Positions 1 through 9,123 are shown, counted from the first letter of the stretch. The stretch: DNA of 64,000 bases from Candidatus Bathyarchaeia archaeon (GCA_049521055.1 JBEKPE010000004.1:535-64534), one strand, 5' to 3'. Notes: a model not told the origin generated them from the letters alone. Translations and numbers: made by a program.

Positions 1-226
1 AGCAGATGGGTGCCTGCACTATGAACCCTGCGTCATAGGCCGCTTTCGAGAGGGCCGTTCTCTTAGCTTGGTCCCGAACCACCTTGACTTGGTAGGCTTG
101 CAGGTTTCCTGCAGAAGGAGCCAAGTTGACCACTTCAAAGATACGTTTCAGTTTGCTTTCCTCAACGGGCTGAGGCTTGTAGGAGCGTATGGATCGTCTC
201 TGAGTTAGAACTTCAACGAACTCCAT
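1..226 (-). CDS. nitroreductase family protein, N-terminal part; the gene runs off the left edge
   Basis: Minus-strand translation from the ATG at 224-226 gives MEFVEVLTQRRSIRSYKPQPVEESKLKRIFEVVNLAPSAGNLQ. RRSIRxY and LAPSxxNxQ are classic nitroreductase motifs. This ORF is not in the supplied track because it is truncated by the window. Confidence 0.55.
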   Translation of the reverse strand, partial: MEFVEVLTQRRSIRSYKPQPVEESKLKRIFEVVNLAPSAGNLQAYQVKVVRDQAKRTALSKAAYDAGFIVQAPIC

Positions 227-520
227 AGGGGATCTTCTTTGAAGTTGGGCGAGAATGGATTAAAGGTGAATTCTTGGCAACCACACACGGTTCTGTCACC
301 TCTTTTCATGGATTAATTTCAGTGATCTCACTGCTTAATTCTGGGACCAGCGCCCGCTTTCTTAGTCATCAGTCGATGAAGCCCCGTCTATGGTGGGATG
401 TGGGTTTTCACCCGAATTAGCCGACGGGGCCGATGGTGGGGTAGGGAGTTGCTTGGACCAAGCGTAAAACCCTGACTGGCAACATGGTCTAGCTGATCCG
501 GTGAATGCCGGATGAGAGGG

Positions 521-550
521 CTGCGCTGGATATCCAGCGCTTTATTTTCT
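521..550 (+). terminator. perfect palindrome GCGCTGGATATCCAGCGC followed by TTTATTTTCT (hairpin + U-tract)
   Basis: The palindrome and the U-tract that follows were seen directly in the sequence. Which transcript it would terminate is unknown, since no convincing gene precedes it. Confidence 0.25.
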
Positions 551-919
551 GGTTCGGCCCCGTCGCGTCTGCAGTTGAAGCGATGGTACAGGAACCCCAG
601 ACTGAGGGTAATCCTGAAAGTCGATGCAGACGAGTTAGCAAATCGGCCACTCGCCGACAAGTTAACAGAACCGCAACCACTATTGAATCCCGCGAGACGT
701 GAACTAACACTAAACGCTGGGGCTGGAGATTTCTCTTCATACACGAAAAACAGAATCGAGGTACGGCTGAGTTTTGTTGGTGTTTACATTGGGTTATGGA
801 GAGAATCTGGCTGGTGAGTATGTTTCCAGATCGGGGTTTGTTTGTCCGGACATAATCTGCCCACACCCTAGCCTAGGTCAAGCCCCCACGGGAAACGTTC
901 TATTCGCGCGTCCAGGTTA

Positions 920-1189
920 TTGCAATTAGGGACTGTCTTGGCTAGACGTGAATGGCAGAGGAAACGGGGCAGAATGATTCCCGGAAGGAGAATGGAATCT
1001 GAGAAGAGTTTGGACTTGAATGAAGCTACTAGGCGTGCGGAACTATTCGCTAGAACCGCGTGGCATCAGGCAGCGGTTACCGACAAGTACGAAGATGCGG
1101 AGTTCTATGTTATCAAAGGCGTTTCTCCCAGGGGCGGGTGGACTGTTATGTTTGATAAGAGAAGCGGCAAAAGAGTAATCCCTCCATAA
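920..1189 (+). CDS. small hypothetical protein
   Basis: A single non-overlapped 89-aa ORF. I recognise no motif, and the start is uncertain. Confidence 0.25.
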   Translation: MQLGTVLARREWQRKRGRMIPGRRMESEKSLDLNEATRRAELFARTAWHQAAVTDKYEDAEFYVIKGVSPRGGWTVMFDKRSGKRVIPP

Positions 1190-1389
1190 TACAGGTGGGC
1201 TTAAAGTCGGCTGGTGCGCACACACACAACACCAAAAGAGGACGATGAAAAACCAGATTCTGTTGTGTCTGTGAACAGGCTGGTTAGCACCATCAAGAAA
1301 AAATGGGAATCAAGATTAGTCAAGAAGATCCTCATCACGCATAAGTGTGATATTGCCTCTGTCGGTGACGGCTCGCTCGGTTCTCGCGT

Positions 1390-1938
1390 TTGGTTAGAAA
1401 TCAAGCCACAATAGCCCTAGTCGTAATCATTCTGGTTTTTCTTGATGCTGGAAAGGTATATACCGTCCAAACGATCAAAGTTACCCCCAACACGGTCATT
1501 CAAGGGGATACCTTCCAAGTCTCCGGCGGCGGATACACAATCCAGGCGCCTGATGAAGTTGCGGTTAGGGTCTGGTCGGACAACACCGGAGTCTGTACGG
1601 GGTCCGTTCTAAACAATATTTTTGCAGACAAGGCCTTTGTTGATAATTCGGGTAACATTGGTCCGATAGCAATCTCTACTTCTGGATACCCAATTGGGGT
1701 ACATTGCGTAGAGACGATTCAATTCTCTGACGGGATTACTCTGGCGTCGAGCTTCGTGAATGTCTTGGAGCAGGCGATAACCACCGTCACGAGTACCGCC
1801 ACCGTCGCTCTGACCACTGTTTCCACATGTTTATCCTCAATCGGAGAATACCCATACGGTCTAGCCATCCTAGTGTTTCTAACTGCAATCGCGTACGGAA
1901 TTATCCGACGCAGAACCCATAATCCAAGGCAAGTCTAA
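1390..1938 (+). CDS. secreted protein with a PEF-CTERM-like C-terminal sorting signal (GEYPYG + TM + RRR)
   Basis: There is an N-terminal hydrophobic signal, MVRNQATIALVVIILVFL. The C-terminus reads IGEYPYGLAILVFLTAIAYGIIRRRTH: an E-Y-P motif, then a TM helix, then a basic tail. This tripartite layout is what archaeosortase targets look like. Confidence 0.5.
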   Translation: MVRNQATIALVVIILVFLDAGKVYTVQTIKVTPNTVIQGDTFQVSGGGYTIQAPDEVAVRVWSDNTGVCTGSVLNNIFADKAFVDNSGNIGPIAISTSGYPIGVHCVETIQFSDGITLASSFVNVLEQAITTVTSTATVALTTVSTCLSSIGEYPYGLAILVFLTAIAYGIIRRRTHNPRQV

Positions 1939-2138
1939 CTACGACTCCATCGTTCCACCGTCGATCCCGTTTTCGGTGTGTGTGTGGTATAGCTAGTGCG
2001 AGCACCCGAAATTGAACCGTCAGTCCAGGCGTTTTTTTGTGTGTGTAGGCACAGTGGTGCGGGCATCAGAATTTGAACTTCCGTAAATATCGTGCAGGCA
2101 CGCTGGCCGTCAGCAATCGACGTTAATCCTGTATGGAG

Positions 2139-3099
2139 CTAGCGAAGTAATCTGGCTGGTGAGTATGTTTCTAGATCAGGATTTGTTGGTCCGGTCATGA
2201 TCTGTTCAGCCATCAATTCGCCGATTACTGGGGCGAACATTACTCCTTTACCTGAATCTGCAAAAGCCACCCAGAGATTGTCGTACACACATCTCCCCAC
2301 CACAGGTTCGCAGTCGCGAGTTGTCTCGACCAGTCCCGCCCAAGGTCTAAGCACCTTAACATCCCGCAACGCGGGCATGAAACGGATGAGTTCGGCCGCA
2401 GCCTTCTCAAGGAATTCCAGTGTGGTCGAGTTATCCTTGCGGACTTCCTTCCCCGTTGTGGGGAGTTCGCAGACTATTTCTCCGCGAAGGCTTTGTGTGA
2501 AAGAGATTCCGTCAGGGTATTCTTGGATCATGGGGCCTAGGAAGAATCTTAGGGGTTCGGTTGCAAGCATCTCTTGCTTCACAAGTTCCGTAGGAACGTC
2601 GAGTCCGACGGATCGAAGTATTTCCCTAGACCCTGTACCCGCCGCAACCACATAGGTATCCGCCTCGACGAGGCCGGCCGTCTCCTTTCGAGAAAGTACC
2701 TCCCACAATCGAGGATACATCTAGGAACGGGTAGTGATTTTCAATCTCCTCAGGAGTCAGAACATTCGTGTCAACGCCTAGCGAGCGCTGGAGCTTTGCG
2801 TTGGACTCAAGTTCTCCAAGCTGTTCTTTTCCGGTTGCAACCATAAGGTGCCCGTCGCGACGAAATGGGATGTTGAAGTTGAGTTCGGCGGAAAGCTGAT
2901 TCATCAGCTCCCGGTTCTTCTTGGCAAGCCTGATGTCTGGCTCATTCTTCCATTGCGAGTGGACTGCGCCGATCGCTCTTACGCTCAGCCCACTTCCCGG
3001 GTACTGTTTTTCAAGAACGGTCACGTCGGCGCCCCGCTTGGCCAGGTTGTAAGCAATACTCAAGCCCAGTATTCCTGCGCCAATGACTACGACTTTCAC
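2139..3099 (-). pseudogene. FAD-dependent oxidoreductase (DAO/sarcosine-oxidase-beta/proline-dehydrogenase-beta-like), frameshifted
   Basis: The N-terminal part (2626..3228 frame) carries VVVIGAGILGLSIAYNLAKRGADVTVLEK, a Rossmann GxGxxG. The C-terminal part (2139..2720 frame) carries ADTYVVAAGTGS and continues to a stop. The two parts are in different frames and overlap at 2626-2720. The likely start is the GTG at 3097-3099, which overlaps the upstream TGA. Confidence 0.5.
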
Positions 3100-3365
3100 T
3101 TTTCCTCTCTTCCCGCTAAGACACCGAGCCGAACTGGGTCGAGAAGTGGCCTTTGGGTGGTCAGGTGTTGGTCGGAGGGTTTCAGATGTTTCTGGGTGGC
3201 GAGTAATCTCAATACTTGAAGCATGCATGTTTTGCCTTGGCAGGGGCCTGTGGAGAAGCCGGCGTACCTTTTCAGGCTTTCAATGTCGTCGTAGCCCAGA
3301 TGTATGGCTTCCAGCACGTCCTCCTCGGTCAGATCTTCACAGAAACAGACGAACTTCTTTCCCAT
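3096..3365 (-). CDS. BFD-like [2Fe-2S]-binding small subunit
   Basis: [11 protein letters not shown]...GPCQGKTC matches the Cys pattern of BFD-like [2Fe-2S] domains. These domains occur in opine, proline and HCN dehydrogenase complexes. Confidence 0.5.
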   Translation of the reverse strand: MGKKFVCFCEDLTEEDVLEAIHLGYDDIESLKRYAGFSTGPCQGKTCMLQVLRLLATQKHLKPSDQHLTTQRPLLDPVRLGVLAGREEK

Positions 3366-3367
3366 CC

Positions 3368-3868
3368 TTACACACCCGCCTTAATCGCCCTAGCCTCGAG
3401 GAGCCATTCGGTTGGAACCTCAATCGTGACCAACGCTGTCCCGTCGTTGCGTTCGGGTGGAAGTACTCGTGCCACCTTACTCGTCCCGAGAACGGTCCCT
3501 TTTCTGTTCAGAGCCGTAACTTGATCTCCGGTTTTCGGAACGGGTAGAAACTCGTAGGGCAACGTAACGTAACCGACCCCGTCTCCTTCCCTCAGAAGAA
3601 AAGCGGCAAGGCCGGGGCATACCATCGCGCAGGCCATGCAACCTGTGCATTTGTCGTAATCGACTCTCGGAATATCGTTGATTCTGGCCATTTGAATGGC
3701 GCCAAGCTTGCATGCGACGACGCAGGAATTGCATGGAATCTCTTGAATACATTCAATCATTGCTACTGGCCGCTTCTCCCTCAGCCTTTCAGTGGGTGGG
3801 ACTAAGTTGAAAGACGCTAGATCCTCTAACCCAACGATGCCGTTGCTAAGATACTGCTTCTGCTCCAA
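3368..3868 (-). CDS. ferredoxin-like subunit (4Fe-4S motif, SoxA/HcnA N-terminal-like)
   Basis: The motifs CNSCVVAC and [12 protein letters not shown] are present. The gene sits in an operon with the FAD subunits. Confidence 0.45.
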   Translation of the reverse strand: MEQKQYLSNGIVGLEDLASFNLVPPTERLREKRPVAMIECIQEIPCNSCVVACKLGAIQMARINDIPRVDYDKCTGCMACAMVCPGLAAFLLREGDGVGYVTLPYEFLPVPKTGDQVTALNRKGTVLGTSKVARVLPPERNDGTALVTIEVPTEWLLEARAIKAGV

Positions 3869-5453
3869 TCTTCACACCCTCAGTTAGCATGATGCTCTCT
3901 AGCCCTCGGCGAATCTTCTCGCCGAATGGTCCCGACCGATCCTCATCCAGCCTCTTGGTCCAAGCCTCCAATTGTTCTTCGTCTCCCGGAAGCCCGAGTC
4001 CGGATTTGAGTGATGCGTGTACGCCGACGATTTGCCCTTCGAGCATGGCCGTGGTGGCTTCCTCTATCCCCGAAACGTCACCCGCCACGTAGACTCCATC
4101 AGCTACTTCCATGTACTTCGTCCTGCGGGCAACGAACCCTCCAAGTTCTGGAACGAGCTGTAGTTGTGCTCCTGCGTGGGAGGCAAGCTCGTAGGTGGGC
4201 GTGAGGCCAACTGCGATGCAGATGAGGTCACAATCGATCTTCCGTTCTGTTCCAGGAATTGGGTTGAATGACTTGTCAATCTCGGCTATGATGGCCCCCT
4301 GGACCCTATTCCGTCCTATCGCTTTCACGACTGTGTGCGACGTGAGAATCTCAACTCCTTGACGTCGGACTTTGGCTGCGTGAACTAGGTATCCGCCGAT
4401 TTTGGGTAGGGCCTCTACGATGGCAACAACGTTCACTCCCGCTTGGAGCAGTTGATAGGATAGGATGAGGCCAACGTTTCCCGCACCGACAACAAGCGCC
4501 TTCTCGCCTGGTTTGACGGAATAGGTATTCATCAGGGTTTGTACCCCGCCGGCTCCGTAAACTCCCGGCAAATCGTTGTTCTCGAATAGCAGTGTTCTCT
4601 CATATGCTCCGGTGGCTATGATGATCTTCTTGGCGTGAATCTTCAGTAGTCGATTTTCCTGCGCAGCCGCCACAACGTGACCGTTGTAGATGCCGAATAC
4701 GTCGCAGCCGAGGTAGGTTGTAATCTTCTTGTCTTCGCGGATCCTTTCTGTCAACTTCCCCGCTATTCGTATCCCCCTGACGCCTGCGTAGTGTCGTGCG
4801 TCGCCGAAGAATCGATGGGTCTGTTTGACAAGTTGTCCTCCCAACATTCTCTTGTCATCAATCAAGATGACTTTTCCACACCTCTTGGCCGCCTCAAGCG
4901 TAGCCGTTAGGCCGGCGGGGCCTCCTCCGATTACGACGACATCCGCCTCAACCGAAACCTTCGACCCCTCAGCTTTCCCGATTGACCCCTTGGATGGCAG
5001 GTGTCCCAATCCAACGAATCTCGTTAGGATTCTGAGGTAGGTTTCCCTCAGGAAGGAGGGATGAATCATCTTTCGGTGGTAGAACCCCGACGCTAACGAG
5101 AAGTAGAAACTCATCTTGTCCATTACTGATAGGAGGTCGTGGTCGGCGTTGGGGAAACCATTCTGGCGCGAAACGTTCACGCCTTCCTTCACGTTGACCA
5201 TGCATGTACGTACGTTCGGGACGCCGTCGACCGTCATCATGCACGCTGAACAACGTCCTATGGCGCAGAAGAACCCTCTAGGACGATGGTACTTCATGCT
5301 GCGACTAAAAATTCGCAACCCATTTGCGTAAAGTGCAGCCGCCACAGTCTCGTTCGCATACGCTTCGATCGGTCTACCTTCAAAATGGAAGGTAACCTTG
5401 TTTCCGCGATCGAACTTGAGCACGGGGTGTTGTGAAATCCTAGTATCCGTCAA
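3846..5453 (-). CDS. FAD/NAD(P)-binding oxidoreductase large (alpha-like) subunit of a heteromeric proline/opine-dehydrogenase-type complex
   Basis: There are two dinucleotide-binding motifs, VVVIGGGPAGLTA and VVGAGNVGL, and the N-terminus resembles the 2Fe-2S-binding region of SoxA. The neighbours are the FAD-beta, BFD and ferredoxin genes. Confidence 0.55.
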   Translation of the reverse strand: MTDTRISQHPVLKFDRGNKVTFHFEGRPIEAYANETVAAALYANGLRIFSRSMKYHRPRGFFCAIGRCSACMMTVDGVPNVRTCMVNVKEGVNVSRQNGFPNADHDLLSVMDKMSFYFSLASGFYHRKMIHPSFLRETYLRILTRFVGLGHLPSKGSIGKAEGSKVSVEADVVVIGGGPAGLTATLEAAKRCGKVILIDDKRMLGGQLVKQTHRFFGDARHYAGVRGIRIAGKLTERIREDKKITTYLGCDVFGIYNGHVVAAAQENRLLKIHAKKIIIATGAYERTLLFENNDLPGVYGAGGVQTLMNTYSVKPGEKALVVGAGNVGLILSYQLLQAGVNVVAIVEALPKIGGYLVHAAKVRRQGVEILTSHTVVKAIGRNRVQGAIIAEIDKSFNPIPGTERKIDCDLICIAVGLTPTYELASHAGAQLQLVPELGGFVARRTKYMEVADGVYVAGDVSGIEEATTAMLEGQIVGVHASLKSGLGLPGDEEQLEAWTKRLDEDRSGPFGEKIRRGLESIMLTEGVKIGAEAVS

Positions 5454-5477
5454 GATTGTCCCTTCTGCCCCCGATCA

Positions 5478-5909
5478 TCAATGGTCTACTTCCAGAAGGT
5501 ATTCTCGAACATCGAGGTCGTCGTATTCGACATCGATAGCTTGCCTTGGGCAGGCGCCGACGCACTGCCAGCAAAGGAAGCATTCGGGTACGTGGTACCT
5601 AATCGCGAGGTTGACCGGCTTGGGGGACGATATGATGCGTTCATGGAAACTTTCGAGCGCGGGACTGTTCTTCACAAAATCGTCGACTGGCTTGCACCAT
5701 CGTCCGTTCGTGGAGTGTTCAAAGACTGAGCCGGGGCAACTACTGATGCATGCTCCGTCTCCATCGCATTTGCTATAGTCAACCACGAGATAGGGCAATT
5801 CCAACCGCGAAGATGAGATTGAGAGTTCTCTTAAGCATGCGGCATTTACAGCCCGTATTCTATAGAACCCACTAGGAGTTGAACCTCGCAGACAGGGACA
5901 GAGCATCAA
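5478..5909 (-). CDS. 4Fe-4S dicluster ferredoxin
   Basis: The motifs CDGDGACISSCP and CFLCWQCVGACP are present. The true start is probably internal. Confidence 0.5.
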   Translation of the reverse strand: MMLCPCLRGSTPSGFYRIRAVNAACLRELSISSSRLELPYLVVDYSKCDGDGACISSCPGSVFEHSTNGRWCKPVDDFVKNSPALESFHERIISSPKPVNLAIRYHVPECFLCWQCVGACPRQAIDVEYDDLDVREYLLEVDH

Positions 5910-6021
5910 ACAAGAGTGCCCACGGCGAGAACGCCCTTTTTCGTGAATGCGTAAAGGCTCGAATCGAGGCGTTCCAAGCCTAAGAATGGTAAACCAATGT
6001 TTTGTTAGTCGAACCGTGATT

Positions 6022-6037
6022 TGGCGGGCCCGCCGGG
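6022..6037. repeat. 16-nt direct repeat copy (TGGCGGGCCCGCCGGG) identical to the 3' end of the tRNA at 22092-22253
   Basis: This is an exact 16/16 match to 22092-22107 in the same orientation. It corresponds to T-stem 3' half + acceptor 3' strand + discriminator + CCA. It lies in an ORF-free stretch that holds other tRNA-like debris. Confidence 0.5.
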
Positions 6038-6737
6038 TTCCGCATCAAATTTGGTTCTGAAAATGGTACTCTCTTGGGGTCTTTGTTCGGGTTCAAGCCG
6101 TCTAGGGTACGCAACCGGAATTTAGCTTTGTCACAGCTTTGGGATGAAGTGGTGGGATTGGTGGGATTTGAACCCGCGATTCGTAGGACTAATGACGAAT
6201 TTTAGAAGCCCGAAGCCAGAAGGGATTCAAACTCCCTTGACGAGCGAATTCTCCGATTGTCGTCTCACTTTCCGTCAAGTTGTGAATGTTCTGTTGCTCT
6301 AAGCACGTAGATTGACGCTAAGACAAAGACTGCCTCCAGCAGCTTTGCAATGACGCCTCACAAAGAATGGTTGTGAGAGGACACCAGACAGTGTCACCTC
6401 AGCCGCCGACATCGTAATATTTCGTCACCCTCTCCATAGTCCCCATCCGTTTTCGGCATCGGTGCCCGAAATTTCGAGGACACCCGTCGACTAGAAATGA
6501 TAATTGACTAACAACCAATCCACTCATCCTTGTGTGTGTCTCGCGCGCATCTCTTGGGCGCTAGGCCCTGACTGTCGTGAGTTATTACTCGCCTTTAGGT
6601 GCAACTAATATGAGCTGCCTCTGTTTCGGGAATCATTGATTCACGGCGAAAGTCAAAAGACTCGGCAACGAGCACGTTCGGAGCAGCGTCGTAACTGGTG
6701 GGTTAACGGGGTTAGAAAAAGCGCTGAAAATTGCTAA

Positions 6738-6750
6738 TGGATATATACGG
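6738..6750 (+). promoter_or_regulatory. putative TATA box (ATATATA) about 35 nt upstream of the ABC ATPase start
   Basis: ggATATATAcgg sits at 6741-6747 and the ATG is at 6781. The spacing fits an archaeal promoter with a short leader. Confidence 0.3.
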
Positions 6751-6780
6751 AGATTCGAAGTAAGGCAACATCGATAAGCC

Positions 6781-7866
6781 ATGGCCGATGTCAGACTTGA
6801 GGGTTTGACAAAGGTTTTCGGTAGCGTTCGGGCCGTCGATAACGTTGATCTTTACATCAACGACAAAGAATTTCTGACCCTGCTTGGTCCTTCAGGTTGC
6901 GGGAAGACCACGACGATGCGCCTTGTGGCAGGGTTGGAGGACCCGACACAGGGTAAGGTCTACATTGGAGGCAAGTTAGTGAATGATCTTCCTCCCAAGC
7001 TGCGAGATGTTGCGATGGTCTTCCAGAACTATGCGCTTTATCCCCATATGACCGTCTATGACAACATCTCGTTTCCGCTGAGAATGCGTAAGTACCCGAA
7101 AGATAAGATCAAAGAGAAAGTTACAACCACAGCCCAGCTTCTTGAGATCCAAGAGCTTCTAGACCGCAAACCGCGACAGTTGAGCGGTGGCCAACAGCAA
7201 CGCGTTGCCTTAGGCAGAGCGATTGTCCGTGAACCTCAAGTCTTCCTTATGGACGAGCCGCTAAGCAACTTAGACGCTAAACTCAGAATCTACATGCGTG
7301 CTGAGCTAAAACGCCTTCAGAAACGAATTGGGATCACCACGATCTACGTGACACATGATCAGGTGGAGGCGATGACAATGTCCGATCGCATCGCGCTTAT
7401 GAATGCGGGCGCTATTCAACAATTGGCGACGTCGGATCAGATTTACAATCATCCCTCTAACCTTTTCGTGGCTGGATTCGTTGGAAACCCACCTATGAAC
7501 TTCCTACCCTGCGTCCTCCATGAGGAAGATGACAAAACCATATTGGAGGCGGGAGCCTTCAAACTTGACATCACCGACATAAAAGGGACTGATGAATTAG
7601 GCATGACCTCGTCTGAGTTAACATTAGGCATAAGACCTGAGGATATTTCCGTTTCACAACAACGGTCTACTAGCTCCGTGGAAGCCACAGTCTACGTTGT
7701 AGAACCACTTGGATCGGAGGTGCTCGTCAATCTCAAGCTAGGTAATGAGATCGTGAAGGCTAGGGCACCACCAAGCACGATGGTCAAAGTTGAAGACCAA
7801 GTCTATCTCACGTTCAACAAGGATAAGATGCATCTATTCGACAAAACTAAGAAATTGATAATCTGA
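6781..7866 (+). CDS. ABC transporter ATP-binding protein, MalK/UgpC type with a C-terminal TOBE domain
   Basis: Walker A is GPSGCGKTT, the signature is LSGGQQQRVALGRA and Walker B is VFLMDEPLSNLD. Confidence 0.8.
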   Translation: MADVRLEGLTKVFGSVRAVDNVDLYINDKEFLTLLGPSGCGKTTTMRLVAGLEDPTQGKVYIGGKLVNDLPPKLRDVAMVFQNYALYPHMTVYDNISFPLRMRKYPKDKIKEKVTTTAQLLEIQELLDRKPRQLSGGQQQRVALGRAIVREPQVFLMDEPLSNLDAKLRIYMRAELKRLQKRIGITTIYVTHDQVEAMTMSDRIALMNAGAIQQLATSDQIYNHPSNLFVAGFVGNPPMNFLPCVLHEEDDKTILEAGAFKLDITDIKGTDELGMTSSELTLGIRPEDISVSQQRSTSSVEATVYVVEPLGSEVLVNLKLGNEIVKARAPPSTMVKVEDQVYLTFNKDKMHLFDKTKKLII

Positions 7867-8084
7867 ACACATATAACAAAACCTTTTTCCGTCAAGCCCC
7901 AATCAAGCTAGCGTGCAAGCAGCTCCAAGCAATGAATAAGTTTTCTTTGCTATGTCAACTAGCGTCGCCGACCTATGCTTCTAAGCCTCGATCCTTCCGC
8001 ATCTATGCAGCTGGAACGTAGTCCTACACATTTGTCTAAATTAGTTAAAGTCAACTTGACGTTGCCTTTCAACCAGAGCCCTTA

Positions 8085-9083
8085 TTGCTTTGCCTGTCCC
8101 CCCTAAAGCAAGAGAATTTGTCAAATAGGATAAGATTTGGAGTTACTCTTCCAACATGGGATTATGACGTGCCTGATGGAAGTAACCGAGAAGGAGGGAG
8201 GCCCGTAAATTACGATGAAATACTCAATATCGCTTTCGTTTCCGAGAAACTGGGGTACTATTCCATACTTGTAGATGACCATCTGACTCGGGGAAAGGGT
8301 GGCTTCATATACGAAGGTTGGACGATACTCTCAGCGTTATCTGCAATTACCAGCAAAATCCGACTCGGAACGATTGTATTATGTAATTCATTCAGATATC
8401 CTTCGGTGTTGGCTAAGATGGCCTCCACTTTGGACGTTATCTCGAAAGGCAGACTAGAGTTAGCAATGGGGGCCGGATGGATGCAAGAGGAATACGTTCA
8501 GTACGGGATACCATTTCCTGTTGCTAGAGAAAGGATTGGTCGACTGAAGGAAGGTGTGGAGATCATAAGAAGACTTTGGACTGAGGATTCGTTAACTTAC
8601 AGAGGAAAATATTACACACTTGAAAATGCGATCTGTGAGCCAAAACCGGTACAGAAGCCTCACCCACCGATTTGGATAGGTGGAGGGGGAGAACATCTAA
8701 CACTCAGAGTGGTTGCGGAGTCAGCTGATGGATGCAACTTCGGGGGATCATTCGAGGAATACAAGCACAAGCTGGAAGTGCTGAAGAAACACTGTTCGAA
8801 AGCAGGCAAAGATTTTCGTGATTTAGAAAAATCATGGATTGGAAACTTGATAATTTCCTTGGATGAAAGTGATCTGAAGCAGAAAATGAATATAGTGAAG
8901 CCTCAAAACGTGTCCCCTGAAGATTACGCCAACTCAAACATTGTAGGAACTCCCGAGCAATGCATAGATCGAATCAAAGAATATTCAGACTTTGGCATAA
9001 CTTATTTTGTATTCAATGGTTTTTCCATGTTAGGTGTAGATGATCTAAAGTTGTTCGCCGAAGAAGTGATGCATAGTCTGTGA
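8085..9083 (+). CDS. luciferase-like monooxygenase (LLM) family, F420-dependent-type oxidoreductase
   Basis: It has LLM-family spacing of conserved Gly/Trp: LGTIVLCNSFRYP...PHPPIWIGGGG. Confidence 0.55.
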   Translation: MLCLSPLKQENLSNRIRFGVTLPTWDYDVPDGSNREGGRPVNYDEILNIAFVSEKLGYYSILVDDHLTRGKGGFIYEGWTILSALSAITSKIRLGTIVLCNSFRYPSVLAKMASTLDVISKGRLELAMGAGWMQEEYVQYGIPFPVARERIGRLKEGVEIIRRLWTEDSLTYRGKYYTLENAICEPKPVQKPHPPIWIGGGGEHLTLRVVAESADGCNFGGSFEEYKHKLEVLKKHCSKAGKDFRDLEKSWIGNLIISLDESDLKQKMNIVKPQNVSPEDYANSNIVGTPEQCIDRIKEYSDFGITYFVFNGFSMLGVDDLKLFAEEVMHSL

Positions 9084-9123
9084 AAACCCTTGATGACAAT
9101 TGCTGGAGCGAAGTTCGATCAAA

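Noticed and set aside
600-690. RNase P RNA (GAAAGTC and ACAGAACCGC motifs)
   Set aside because: The CR-I-like and CR-V-like strings are only ~50 nt apart and in an arrangement incompatible with a P4 pseudoknot. No CR-II/III equivalents were found, so this needs a covariance-model search before any call.
388-866. Four overlapping ORFs (388..744-, 489..866-, 505..702+, 512..817+)
   Set aside because: They overlap one another on both strands within a GC-rich, palindrome-rich stretch. None has a recognisable motif, so they are most likely non-coding. Only the short 794-853 frame matches a real protein tail (see the repeat finding).
5478-5909. The long N-terminal extension (MMLCPCLRGSTPSGFYRIRAVNAAC...) of the ferredoxin ORF
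   Set aside because: It is probably an upstream mis-start. The ferredoxin core begins near LVVDYSKCDGDGAC, and the extension has no coding-like features.
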